Source of the DNA: Octopus sinensis
Taxonomy: Eukaryota
Length of the DNA: 64,000 nt
NCBI RefSeq assembly: GCF_006345805.1
Contig: NC_043009.1
Coordinates: 71,796,001 to 71,860,000, forward strand
Reading direction: 5' to 3'
Shown here: positions 1 to 12,483 of the stretch, piece after piece
Numbering within the stretch: position 1 is the stretch's first letter
Layout: each line of letters opens with the position of its first letter
The notes under the pieces: generated by a model
Database searches by the model: none
Told to the model about the DNA's origin: nothing
What the model saw: only the letters and a program-made list of their open reading frames with translations
Translations under genes and position numbers: made by a program

Positions 1-56
1 GACTTGTCATCGAGAGAATTCCGATCGTGGCCATCTCATCGTTTCCATCTCTAGAA

Positions 57-317
57 CAGTAATTCTTACCTGGGGGTCTACCTGACCCTTTCGGGGCCAA
101 TGTAGGATTTTGGTGTTAAAAATTTATCAGCAATAAACTTCTTGTAGTTTTACAAAACACAAAATATTTTAATGACTTTTTAAATACAATTCCTTAAAAG
201 ATTTAATTATAAAATAAAATTAAAATAATCTTTTAAACATGAAATGTCCAGGAGGGTCCAGTAGAGTAAAACATGAACCAAAGGGTCCACAGGTAGAAAA
301 GGGGTTAACAACCACTG
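57..317. mobile_element. hAT (Charlie-type) MITE
   Basis: Imperfect TIRs CAGTAATTCTTA.. / ..TTAACAACCACTG; 8-bp flanks CTCTAGAA (49-56) and ATCTAGAA (318-325), 7/8 identical, matching the NTCTAGAN hAT target pattern. Confidence 0.75.
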
Positions 318-1285
318 ATCTAGAACTACATTCTTCAATATGTCTTTCCTTTCTCATTGTTGATTCCCCCCACCCCCCAGTCAGATCTGATCTAACATAC
401 CCCATGTACAAAAACATTCCAACTGTGACCTTCTCAACTTGTTTTTGCAGACATAACACATATAACATGTCATTCTCTTTATTGACCCTTGAGTTAGACA
501 ATTTTAAAAGAGGAGCATAAAGCTGATTCAGTCAGCTCCCCAGTACATTACTGGTATTTATCAGCATAGAAGAGAGAGAAAGCAATATCAATCCCAGCTG
601 GATTTCAAGTCAGAACTAAATACTTCCAAAACTGGATTATAATATCAATAATAAGATTAACACTTGTGCTTCAGAAGAGGGAGATTTCTCTCTGCATGAA
701 ACCAATGGTAGCCTTGTTAATCTACAAATAAAGAATATTTATCTACCACTGATTGTTGAACACTCATTCTCACTGTTCAATACAAGCGTGTGTATATATA
801 TGTGTGTGTGTAGATAGATACATACATACAGGGATGTCTGTGTAGCCAAGAAGTTCAATGAGCTTTTGAAGCTGATTTGACTACCATTTCTTGCAAGCTG
901 AAATCCTCACATGGAAGCTACTTCATTGACTCATAGGAGTAAAGTGTGTATTATGTAGACAGGTGAAAGTGAAAAGAGGAATTGGTGAACATCTGGGTTT
1001 GTTTTAGAAACAAGGAAATCACTATCATTTGGGACTCCATCAACCTGGCTCTTGGCATCTCTCCAGACTCTCTCTCTCTCTCCATCCACACAAATGTGTA
1101 CAGGATGTTTGCTCTTTGCAAAGGGTTAAACAAATACAAAAGGATGGTGAGGTGGAGGAAAAATAATGAAAATGGAAAACAGTTTTTAAAAGAACAAATT
1201 CTAAACCCTTAGCATTATTAATCAGAATGGGATCTTCGCATCTTGTGATTATTGTATGCATCTTATGTAAACAGTACAACATACA

Positions 1286-1316
<31 letters not shown>

Positions 1317-1761
1317 ACCTGAGAGAAGGGCTGAAACCAAAACAATAAATCAATCAAATATAACAATGGAAGCACACACATGCATGCATGCACATGCGTG
1401 CGCACACACACACACACATGCATCTTTTATCTTTTCTCTAGCTCCAATCATTAGACTGTGGCCAAATGGGAGCAACCGTCTTAAAAAATCTTGGTCAAGC
1501 GAATTAATCCCAGTTCTTAATGTTTCTCTTTCTTATACCTTGTATTACTTATGCCACCCTGACTGTTCATTGTGGGTAAGCCCTCACTCTCTTGTTCCAA
1601 CTGTCTCTCTAACTCTCTCCCAGCTTCATCTTCTTCCTCTTCCTGTAGCACCCAAGTATCCCCTCGACAGTAAAAGGGCAACCTCTGTCCTTCTGTCAAA
1701 CTCTAACCTCTCAGTTCCACTCCTTTTCTCAGATGACGGGGTCCTTGTCTTGTGAGCCCAT

Positions 1762-1958
1762 GGGTGCTAGTGCCATGTAAAAAGCATCCACTACACTCTG
1801 TAAAGTGGTTGGCATATTAGGAAGGGCATCCAGCCATAGAGACTATGCCAAAACAGATAATTGAAGCCTGATGTAGCTCTCAGGCTTGTCAGCTCCTTTC
1901 AAATCTTCCAACCCATACCAGCATAGAAAACGGACATCAAATGATGATGATGATGATG
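1762..1958 (+). mobile_element. 5'-truncated 3' end of the RTE LINE family
   Basis: Matches 43120-43299 (gtggttggc.ttaggaagggcatccagc...ccaacccat.ccagcat.gaaaacggac) and ends in (GAT)n. Confidence 0.85.
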
Positions 1959-2178
1959 CATGTGCCTTAAACGTGTTTCCCAGGTAGAACCAACATGGCA
2001 CAGTGTGTGAATGACCAAGCTGCAGCTTTTGTGTCAAAGCTACAATTCACCTGATGGGCTTCTATGTAGTTTCCCTGGACCAGTCTGAGGAGGCCAAAGA
2101 AAACCTAAAATTTGACTAAAATCTCACAAATTTAGATTAAATCCAGACCTTGTGTTTGTGTAGGGAGCTTCTTAACCA

Positions 2179-2222
<44 letters not shown>

Positions 2223-2404
2223 GAGAATGCATTTTGGGCGCAAAATGTTCATTAGTTTTAGAAAAACCCAAACTAATGAATCAGGGTTTGAAATCAGAAC
2301 TCTGCAATAATGTGTGTGTACAGGTGTAAGCATACACACCCACAAACATACACACATGTGCATATGTAGATGCACACAAAATATGCATATGCACATACAA
2401 ACGT

Positions 2405-2495
2405 GCACATAGATAGATGGATGGATAGATATATAGATAGATGATAGATAGATAGATAGATGGATGGATGGATGGATGGATGGATGGATGGATAG

Positions 2496-2546
<51 letters not shown>

Positions 2547-2640
2547 CGGATGGATGGATAGAGAGAGAGAGAGATAGATAGAGAGAGAGAGATAGATAGA
2601 TAGATGGATAGATAAACAGGCGGCAGACAGAGATAGAGAG
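2405..2640. repeat. Compound (GATA)/(GGAT)/(GA) microsatellite
   Basis: Direct reading. Confidence 0.95.
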
Positions 2641-3319
2641 GGTTTTGTATATGGATGGAAATAGATTAATTGACAATCTATAAATATAATTAGCCTAACG
2701 CATGAGTGGGTGTGTTCTATTTATTTGATTGTTTCGGAATCCACACACACACCCACACAACTACACAAATTTATATACACACACAAATATACACACACCT
2801 ACACAAGTATACAGATTCACCTTCACATACATTCTACATTTGCATGTACCCATATAAATATACCCCTATGGATTAATTACCTTCTCAGTTGACTGGCAAT
2901 AACGGTTAATAAGTGTGTATGGCGCGATCTTTTATTTTTCTTTCGTAAACCAAAGAATATCACTTACCAATTACCTCACTTCATCTTTTCTACATTGTTT
3001 CGCAGACTGTTTGCCAAATAAAAGACTTCAGAATATAACAAACATGTTTCCCAAACCAATACAGGCATTTAAATACCAAAAATAATAAAACCTGTCAACA
3101 TCCTCTCAGAGAATTTGAGAGGTTTTTAAGGCGGCATCCCAGTTTGGAAAATGGCAGAAAGAAAAAACTGGCTTTTCATAAACAAATAAAATATGCAATA
3201 AAACTTGGTTTTAAGGCATAAAAAAAGTTATTTTAAATTCTTTAAACTAGCAAAGAATTCCTGGCTCTGTGTAGTTTTCAGCTAGTTTTTAGGAATAAGA
3301 AATAGATTTTATATATGTG

Positions 3320-3618
3320 CTTCCTAAGCACATTGTTCTGGGTCCAGTCCCAATATTTGGCACCTTGTACATGTGTCTCCTACTATAGCCTTGGACTGAC
3401 CAAAGTCTTGTGAGTGGATTTGGTAGGCGGAAACTGAAAGAAGCCTGTCATGTGTATGTGAGTGTCTGTGTTGATCCCCCAGCACTGCTTAACAACTGGT
3501 GCTGGTGTGTTTACATCCCTGTAACTTAGCAGCTCAACAAAAGAGACTGACAGAATAAGCAGCAGGCTTAAAAACCAAAGGTACTAGGATAGATTCATTT
3601 GACTAAAATGCTTCAAAG
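3320..3618 (+). mobile_element. tRNA-headed SINE family A (decayed copy)
   Basis: Homologous to 11097-11438 and 50636-51003 (gaccaaag.cttgtgagtggatttggtag..ggaaactgaaagaagcc; gtaacttagcag). Confidence 0.8.
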
Positions 3619-4069
3619 CCCCACTCACAAGGCCTTGGTTGGTCAGCAGAAAACACTTGCAGTGGGACTGAACCTGAAACCAGTTCGCTGAGAAGCAAAC
3701 TTCTTACCACATGGCCACTCTTGTCCTTCTGTGTCCCAAACAAATAAAAAGGGACCAAATGTGCATCACTTTCAACAAAGAATTTTCCAGTTGTTTCATC
3801 AACTGAACTCAGCTGGCTGAGTATCCCTCAGACTTAGACTGCCATCTGAAAGTCTTCCGTGTAGTTTCTGTCTCACAAAATTCACTCACAAGACTTAGGG
3901 CTTACTTGGGGTTATGGTAAAAGAAACTTGCCTAAGATGTCATGCTTGGAAATTATAATACTGACCAGAGAGAACAACATGGTTAAGAGTTCAAATGTGA
4001 TGCACTCCAGGTTGCAACACACAACTCTTATTTTTTGCATTTGGAAGGAGGGTAATATTGATTTTAAAA

Positions 4070-4240
4070 TTTTGACACAAGGCCAGCAACCTTGGGGGAC
4101 AGTGTAATCCAGCAACCCCAGAATGCAACTGGTACTTATTTTATTGACCCAGTCAACCGCAGTAGAATTTGAACTCAGAACGTAAAGATGGATGAAATAC
4201 CACTAAGCATTTTGTCTGGCCCAGGAACAATTCTGCCAGG
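4070..4240 (-). mobile_element. tRNA-headed SINE family C
   Basis: Reverse-complement match to 10878-11080 (actggtacttatttt; gaatttgaactcagaacgtaaag). Confidence 0.75.
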
Positions 4241-4315
4241 TTGATATGATTTCAAATTTCAGCACAAGGCTAGCAATTTTGGGGTCAGTGGGGTACGTTG
4301 ATTACATTGACTCCA

Positions 4316-4691
4316 GTACATTATTTACATTATTTACATTTGACAGATATTTGTCCCACGAACATATGGTGTAGTGGTTAAGAGCATGGGCTACTAACTC
4401 CAAGATTCTGAGTTCAATTCCAGGCAGTGACCTTAATAATAATAATAATAATAACATTGAAAAATACCTTAGGAATGAGAACCCAGGTTTGAAATTTCCC
4501 CAAGACACCTGATTAAGGCTGGAGGGCATATCAGCTGAAACGTTGTGTTAATACACAACGTTTCAGCTGATATACCCTCCAGCCTTAATCAGGTGTCTTG
4601 GGGAAACAAACAAGATGAGGACAAACATCCATCAAATATAAATAATGTAAATAATGTCCATAATTCCTCATCTCTTAAATAAAGAACTGTA
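4316..4691 (+). mobile_element. Penelope-derived Pol III-box/hammerhead cassette, copy 1
   Basis: Inverted tail fragment (4316-4356), A-box TGGTGTAGTGG, B-box GAGTTCAATTCC, (AAT)n, mutated HHR (CTGATTA), tail aatgtaaataatgt; homologous to 7141-7382. Confidence 0.85.
4495..4606. repeat. Near-perfect inverted repeat: 54-bp arms, 4-nt loop TAAT
   Basis: 4495-4548 vs the reverse complement of 4553-4606 differ at one base. Confidence 0.95.
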
Positions 4692-4699
4692 TTGTTCGG

Positions 4700-5680
4700 T
4701 TGTTATCATCATCATTATCGTTTAATGTCTGCTTTCCATGCTGGCATGGGTTGAACGGTTTGACTGAGGATTGGTGAGCCAGATGGCTGGACCAGACTCC
4801 AATCTGATCTGGCAGAGTTTCTACAGCTGGATGCCACCCTTCCTAATGCCAACCACTCCAAGAATGTAGAGGGTGCTTTTCCGTGCCACCAGCACAAGGG
4901 CCAGTCAGGCAGTACTGGCAACAGCCACGCTCAAATGGTATTTTTTATGTGCCACCTGGACAGGAGCCAGTCCAGCGGAACTGGCAATGACCTCGCTCAA
5001 ATATTTTTCACGTGCTACAGGCACAAGTGCCAGTAAGGTGACACTGGTAATGACCACGCTTGAATGGTGCCCTTTTACATGCCACCAGTACGGAAGCCAG
5101 TCAACTGCTCTGGTAATGATCATGTTCGGATGGTGCTCTTAGCACTCCACTAGCACGGATGCCAGTCAAGCAGTGCTGTCATCGAATTTTGTTTTCACTT
5201 GCCTCAACAGGTCTTCGTAAGCAGAGTTTAGTGTCCAATGAAGGAAAGGTACACATAAGTGGGCTGGTTACGCTCCTGGCATAGGCCACGGGTTATGGTC
5301 TCACTTGGCTTGCCAGGTCTTCTCAAGCACAGCATATTTCCAAAAGTCTTGGTCACTACTCATTGCCTCGGTGAGGCCTAATGTTCGAAGGTCGTGCTTC
5401 ACCACCTCATCCCAGGTCTTCCTGGGTCTTCTTCTTCCACAGGTTCCCTTAACTGCTAGGATGTGGCACTTTTTCACGCAGCTATCCTCATCCATTCTCG
5501 CCACATGACCATACCAGCACAGTCGTCTTTCTTGCACACCACATCTGATGCTTTTTAAGTCCAACTTTTCTCTCAAGGTACTTACACTCTGTCGAGTATG
5601 CACACTGACATTACTCATCCAGTGGAGCCTGATCTGGCTTCATTCCTTGCAAACTTACATATGTCCTTAGCAGTCACGGC
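4700..5680 (-). mobile_element. 5'-truncated RTE LINE (ORF C-terminus + 3'UTR with ~63-bp repeat array + (GAT)n tail)
   Basis: ORF 5301-5618 (RRL.WYGHVARMDED..GR.RPRKTW) is homologous to the C-terminus at 42008-42670. Confidence 0.92.
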
Positions 5681-6351
5681 AAAAATGAATGGCAAAAATT
5701 ATCTTTGGTGGAATTTGAACTCAGAACACAAAAGACAGGTGAAATGCCGCTGTTTTGCTCAACAATGCAAACAGTTGTTCTGCCAAACTGGAAGAGGCTT
5801 CATATTGCTGCAACAAAGAACAAGCCATCCATGCTTACAAAAGGAATAAGAACATGTAGCACCAGAATATGCAATGCATGTGTGTGCCTGTATCTTCTGT
5901 GAGACTCCTCTACATTGAAACCGTCTTCGTATTTTTTGTTCTTGCTCCGAACAACAGGCAAAACAGACTAAAAGAATAAATAAGAGAAAGTTAGAAAATG
6001 TTAAAATATTCGAAAGCACAGGGGGCAGGGTAAGAGCAAGGGGTGCAGAGTACCCCACCTAGATTAAATGGTTTGAGAAGCAAACTAAGAACAACAAAGT
6101 CAAAGCTAGACTGTTTTTTTGAAAAGCTAACTCACTGAGACTAACCACTGAACCTAACGTTCATAATTAAGACATCAATTATGAGTGAAAGCAGGAATAA
6201 ACAGGAACGGCAGCTGCGTGTTTAGCGATTGATGATATAAAATAACAGCAATGAAACAGTAATTTCATCTCCTGCAGGTTGGGGAAGGAAACCTCCTTTA
6301 CATTGTTGACTGAACTGCTAGAAATAGCAGTCAAATCTCCTTTAAATCACA

Positions 6352-6520
6352 TCATCATTATCATTTAAGTGTGTTTTCTATGCTGGCATGGGTTGGACGG
6401 TTTGACAGGATCTGGTAATTCAGAAGACTGTGCCAGGCTCTACTGTCTCCTCTGGAATGGCTTCTATGGCTGGATGCCCTTCCTAAAGCCAACTGGGTGC
6501 CATTTATGTGGCACCAGCAT
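6352..6520 (-). mobile_element. RTE LINE 3' end fragment
   Basis: (TCA)n followed by tgctggcatgggttggacgg...ctggatgcccttcctaa. Confidence 0.8.
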
Positions 6521-6922
6521 TTGTGGGGTCACTCAGTAACTTGCAGACAAGACCCATAGACTGAAGGGAGGAGGGAGTATTGACGGGCAGAAATAAGTAA
6601 ATTGCCATAGAGAAGAAATATGGCTGCTTCAGAGAGAGAGAGAGAGAGAGAAGGAAAGAGGGGGAAGGAAGGAGAGAGAGAGATAAGACAGTGAAGCTCT
6701 GATGGGGTGTACATCCATGATACAGATGGATGGGGATGGAGAGGGTGAGTGTGGGGGGGGTTGCAAAATTGTGAAAGGAAAGTGTGAGATGGAAGGGGGT
6801 ATGTGGGGAATAGGTAGAGGTAGTGAGAGGGGTACAGCTTTGTATTTAAGAGATGAAGAATTATGTACATTATTTACATTATTTACATTTGACAGATATT
6901 TGTCCTCATCTTGTTTGTTGTT

Positions 6923-6968
6923 AACACAACGTTTTGGCTGATATACCTTCCAGCCTTCATCAGGTGTC
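6923..6968 (-). pseudogene. Inactivated hammerhead ribozyme (GAAA>AAAA)
   Basis: Reverse complement: GACAC CTGATGA A GGCTG-loop-CAGCC AAAA CGTT GTGTT. Confidence 0.8.
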
Positions 6969-7023
6969 TTGGGGAAATTTCGAACCTGGGTCCTCATTCC
7001 TAAGGTATTTTTGGATGTTGTTG

Positions 7024-7064
<41 letters not shown>

Positions 7065-7283
7065 GTTCAGGTCACTGCCTGGAATTGAACTCGGGATCTT
7101 GGAGTTAGTAGCCCATGCTCTTAACCACTGCACCATATGCCCAGGCATATGGCGTAGTGGTTAAGAGCGTGAGTTACTAACCCCAAGATTCCAAGTTTGA
7201 TTCTAGGCAATGACCTGAACAATAATAACAACAACATCCAAAAATACCTTGGGAATGAGAACCCAGGTTTGAAATTTCCCCAA

Positions 7284-7328
7284 GACACCTGATGAAGGCT
7301 GGAGGTATATCAGCCGAAACGTTGTGTT
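7284..7328 (+). ncRNA. Minimal type I hammerhead ribozyme, Penelope-type
   Basis: Stem I GACAC/GTGTT, core CTGATGA (7289-7295), extra A, stem II GGCTG/CAGCC, GAAA (7316-7319), palindromic loopless stem III AACGTT, cleavage triplet GUU (after 7323). Confidence 0.8.
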
Positions 7329-8504
7329 AACAACAAACAAGATGAGGACAAATATCCGTCAAATGTAAATAATGTAAATAATGTAGTGAGAGGGGTGTTA
7401 GGAGAATACATTGTGGTGGGAGGAAGAGAGTCAACAGGTACATATTGTAATGTGCAGGTAAGTTCATGAGGGAGATGGAAGATAGAGTGGAGGGGAATAG
7501 AGTGGGTGGTGAGCACGGATAGGGAAGGGGGTGTTGGGAAAAGGGGATGTAAAGAAAAAGTTTGTCAGGGACAGATTGTGTGCAGAGGTGGAAAGCATGG
7601 CCATAAAGGACATTCAATTATGGCCTTAATAGGGTCTCCTTAAGCCCATCAAATGACCACCTGTTGCAGTTCTTTGTCCTCTATTCTGTAAGATTCAGCA
7701 TCTGAAGATCATCTTTTAAAAAAAGGAACCCATTAGATACAAAATATCAGGATTAAAACAGAGTGGTCACTTCTGGAATGGCTTTTGATTAGCTTCAACT
7801 CCACTTCATTGAAGTTAACTTGGATCTAAACAGCAAAATTCTCTTTATCAACCAGCCAAGACGACTCTACACTAGAAATAGCAGTAAAATCTGCCTCATA
7901 TCACAATCTCCTATCTTAAAAAATGTGCACAGTTGATGATGAAGTTTTACACGAAACAGAAGCGTTCCAGCTTGAACAGTCTGCAGCATAAGAAGTGCTC
8001 TGAGCAACAGCTAAACCAATCATCGTCTGCAGGACTTCATTAAACTTCTTTTGATATCGTTAATTATTCCCACGTTTTGTTGTGCAGCCAATTCAGAGAA
8101 TTATCCACAGATTTTTATCACATGATATCAAACTTTCAAAATGATATATGACAACAACTTTCTATGATATCGCATTGTTTTAGTTTATATTTTATATCAA
8201 AATTGCTAAACAACAACATTATTGGTTTCCATTTTCTGATGGCTCAGTTACTGGTTCTCCACCTTTCTGAGGATAAGGGTGACAGGATAACGCCATGCCT
8301 GTGCAACTTGAGACATAAACCACAGAGAAATTTGCAGAGAGGAGTCTTAGCTTTGTCTTTCACATGTAGACTTCTCAACCACACAGCTATGCTCTCCATG
8401 CCAGGTTTATCTGAATCTTGTCTCTTTAGGATGAACAACAATGTTGAGTTTGTTGAGGATTTGGTCACAGCGGAACCTGATTATTTTGTGTTCTCTCAAT
8501 ACTA

Positions 8505-8690
8505 TCATCATCATCATCATCCTTTAACATCCATGTTCTAGGCTAGCATGGGTCAGAGGGTTTGATTGGACCCAATGGCTCTAAGGACTGCATCAGGCTT
8601 CAATGTCTTTAGCATGGCTTCTATAGCTGGATGCCCTTTCTAAGACCAACCACTCACCAGCATGGACTGGGCGGTTTTTTCATAAACCCT
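8505..8690 (-). mobile_element. RTE LINE 3' end fragment
   Basis: (TCA)n plus ctttaacatcc...gctagcatgggtc...gctggatgccctttc. Confidence 0.75.
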
Positions 8691-9554
8691 AGTGGTAGGG
8701 CATGTCAGCTTTATGCTGGGGGATGAGGGGTTAAGATATGAGGGAAGGGGGAAAAGGCAGAGCAGGTTCTTGTAGGAAGAGTTGCAGGATTACTCAGAAA
8801 AGGGAAGGAAAGAATGATCAGTGGGAGTTGCAAAGAGATAGTTGAGATGAGGTGTCCAGGTGGCCCCCATCAAAGCACAAGGGAAGAAGTAGGTGGGTGT
8901 GGAGAGGCAGTGAAGCATGTCACAGTCATCCAATGCATCTGATTCTGTCATGGTGGTGGTGGTGGTGGTGGTGAAACTCATAAAGTCTTTCTGTGACCCA
9001 AGGGGAGATGAATTCTAATGTCTCCATTGCAGACATTCTTCAGTTCTGCCTCAACTATAAGAATTCATCTTTCTTCGTGGCACAGACATTTGCCTTGCAA
9101 GTCTACAAATTGTCTGCCAATGCAGGCCATCACCAACTTCCTCACGGTCACCTTTCAACTTCTCACATAAAATGAAATACTTTTAACTTTTAAATCCTTC
9201 TGAGACCAAAGTGCCAAAGAAACACTGTTTATTCAATTAATTTTGAAATAATTGGCAAAGATTTTGTGAAATATCTTTTTCATTGTTGAATTGTTTGGAA
9301 GATATCTTAACAAAATGGGTTTTCTCTATAAAACCACAAACGTCTTGAAGGATGTCTTAAATGTAAACAACATTTTGGAATGGTAGATTCCATATCAGAA
9401 CTAGAAACTGTCCCAGCTTGGCTGCCTCTTACTTTTCAAAACAGTTAAACCCCATCATGGGTCTCATAAAATGGTTTCTAATGGTATGTTTGACAGCATT
9501 GAACTTACAGCATTTTCCAATCTTTCTAACAATGAAATAACCAAAGCACTAAAT

Positions 9555-9587
<33 letters not shown>

Positions 9588-10877
9588 TGCACCCCCCACA
9601 CATATACACATGCATCACACACACACACGCACATGCACACACACACACGCACATGCACACACATGCACATGCACACACATGCATGCACACACGTGACTCT
9701 CTCTTCCCCCCCCTCTTTCTCTTTCACCAATTCCGCTGTATTGTACTTTGTCCAGATTAATATTCAGATTGCCTTTATTAGTCTCTAAATATTTCCATGG
9801 GAATTTCTATTCTTCAAATGAATTTCTTTGGTCTGTTCCTCCATCTATAAATCATATTCTTTCCATTAACTTTACCGATTCTCTATTAATCTCTCAAGAA
9901 TTTTCTTTGAGGTTTGTTCAGACAATTGCCCTCACAAATAATGCCTTCTTCAGATTTTGGCAGTAATAATTCTGTTGATGCCTTCCAGGGCCTGATTGAA
10001 GTTTATGAAAGATCTAAAGAAAAGCCAGAGATGTCACAACAAAGAGTATCTCGCACACACACACGCACACAGACATCGAAAGTTGCCTTGGCTATTAATT
10101 AAAACAATGGGGCTGTTGGTGCATGGTCACTAAGCCAGAGGAAGAGCTGTAGTTGTTTGTATCAATCCCCAGTATATAACTGGTACATCTCTCATCAATT
10201 TCTATCATGAGTTAAATAAAGATCAATGCCAACCCTGGAAGGATTTGAACAGAGAGTTTATGAGTCAACAAGGGACAGTCTATGTGGTTGTTCAACCTGC
10301 TTAAAATAGCAGTCAAATCTCAAAATCAAATCATTATTATCTGAAATAAATAAAGGTCATGGTAAATAATGTGGTTGTAGGTGGCCAATAAAAAGGCTGC
10401 ACGGCCAGAGCTTTGATCATGGACGTGGTCAATTGCTCCATCAAGGTTGACCTGGGGCTAAACAACGTTTAGTAAAAGCATTTTGTAACAAACACACACA
10501 CTTACACATACACACACATATACGCACACAATTACACACACATATGCACACATATACACACATGCACTCATATACACACATACATAAACACACACATACA
10601 TAAACACACGCATACACTTACACATATACACACATGCACACACTATTGACCTCTTGGCAGAATCCTTAAGGCGCTGGACAAATTCTTTCTAGTATTTAAT
10701 CTGGCTCTTTAAATTTTGAGTTCAATTCCCTGTAAAGACAGCTTCGTCTTACATCCTTCTGGGGTTCAATGAAATAAAATACCAGTCAACTCCTAAGGTC
10801 AACAAAATCAACCGCCCCCCACCCCCACCCCACCCACTAAAACTGCTGCTCTTGCACCAAACTCAAAACTATTGTAG

Positions 10878-11080
10878 CAAGCTGGCAAAATGGTTAGCAC
10901 ACCAGGCGAAATGCTTAGTGGCACTTTACGACCTGAGTTCAAATTCCACTGTGGCTGACTTTGTTTTTTATTCTTTTGATGTTGATAAAATTAAGTACCA
11001 GTGAAACACTGGGGGTCAACTCACCCTCTCTCCCTAAAATTTCAAGCCTTGTGTCTTTAGTAGAAAGGATTATTATTATT
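10878..11080 (+). mobile_element. tRNA-headed SINE family C
   Basis: A-box-like tggcaaaatggttagc, B-box gagttcaaattcc, core gataaaattaagtaccagt, (ATT)n tail; many copies in the window. Confidence 0.8.
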
Positions 11081-11096
11081 GTTGTTATTATTCTAG

Positions 11097-11438
11097 GGTG
11101 CAGGCGAGGCTGTGTGGTAAGAAGCTTGCTTCCCAACCACATGGTTCCGGGTTCAGTCCCACTGTGTAGCACCTTGGACAAGTGTCTTCTATTATAGCCT
11201 TGAGTCAACCAAAGCCTTGGGAGTGGAGTTGGTAGATGGAAACTGAAAGAAGCCTGTGTTTCTCCCCACCACCATCGCTTGACAACTGATGTTGATGTGT
11301 TTATGTCCCGTAACTTAGCAGTTCGGCAAAAGATACCAATAGAATAAGTACTAGGCTTATAAAGAATAAGTCCTGGGACTGATTTCTTCGATTAAAAGTG
11401 GTGCTCCAGCATTGCCACAATCAAATGACTGAAACATG
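11097..11438 (+). mobile_element. tRNA-headed SINE family A, near full length
   Basis: A-box-like ggctgtgtggtaag, B-box ggttcagtccc, body shared with the 3320 and 50636 copies. Confidence 0.85.
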
Positions 11439-12398
11439 TAGACGAATTTGTGTGTGAAGCGAGCAAAATTGTTAGCCTTGTGTTTTGAGTTGAAACCCCA
11501 CAAAGGTCATCCTTTCAGGGTTGATGGAAATAGGGGACAGGTCCCGTTCTGCTGTAATAAGCCTCCCTCCACACCCACCGAATTTCAGGCTTTGTGTCTA
11601 CAACAGAAACGACTGTTGTTGTTGTTGTTGCTGTTATGAATGCAGATGGAACTATTCCTCGTTAGTGAATAATGTATCTTGCAGCAGTGGGAACATGTTA
11701 ACGAGAAGGTAGCTGTCTCTGTTGTTATTACCATCATCGTCATAGTTACCAGACGCTGTCATCATCATCATCATCATCAGCAATGTTGTTACATCGCCTA
11801 CTGTGTGTTGTCAGCATCACATCATTTCATCACCTGGGATGAAATTATTAGCGGAGTGGGGGGGGGGGTGATGGGGTTGGGGTGGAGCTGCAGACTCCAT
11901 CAGTTTCAAGTAGGGAGATAAAGACGGGGGGGTGAGAGGGAAGGTAGGGAGGAAAGAAAGAGTAGGAAGAATGAGGTGAGAGGGAGAGGCAGAGAGAGGA
12001 TGATAGTGATGAGGGAAAGGAACAGAAGGAAATGGTAAGAGTGGTAGGAGAAGGGGAAGAGGAGGAGGAGAAGGAGAGTATGAGAGGTAAAGCAGCAGGG
12101 AGAGAGGAGATGAAGAGAGAGAGAGAGAGAGAGGTGGAGGAATAAGAGAAGAGAGAGAGAGTGATGATAGAAAGAGAGATGGAGAGATGTGAAAGAGAAA
12201 GAGTGAGATTTGTTGGTTTAGAGATGGGGAAAGATGATGGAAATGAAGGAATTGAAAGAGAGAGAGAGAGGAAGAACAGGAGAGGGAGAGAAAGGATTAG
12301 AGATATGCACCATGTGACCCATAATTCTGTCTCACCCCCCCCCCCACACACACACACACAACATAGAGAGTAATAAGAATTGGTAGTTTTCTTTGTTG

Positions 12399-12483
<85 letters not shown>

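Larger units (their letters stand above)
6834..7382. mobile_element. Palindromic (head-to-head) Penelope-derived Pol III-box/hammerhead element
   Basis: Two inverted arms meeting at ccatatgcc-ca-ggcatatgg (~7140); direct repeat GTAGTGAGAGGGGT at 6820-6833 and 7383-7396. Confidence 0.9.

Noticed and set aside
62-76. CTTACCTGG as a U1 snRNA 5' end or a minus-strand donor
   Set aside because: No further U1 similarity; it lies within the hAT MITE terminus.
1252-1755. 167-aa ORF as a gene
   Set aside because: Runs through (CA)n repeats and has no recognisable domain.
7148-7215. Genuine tRNA genes at the Pol III-box segments
   Set aside because: Acceptor and T stems do not pair fully; all are heads of multi-copy repeats.
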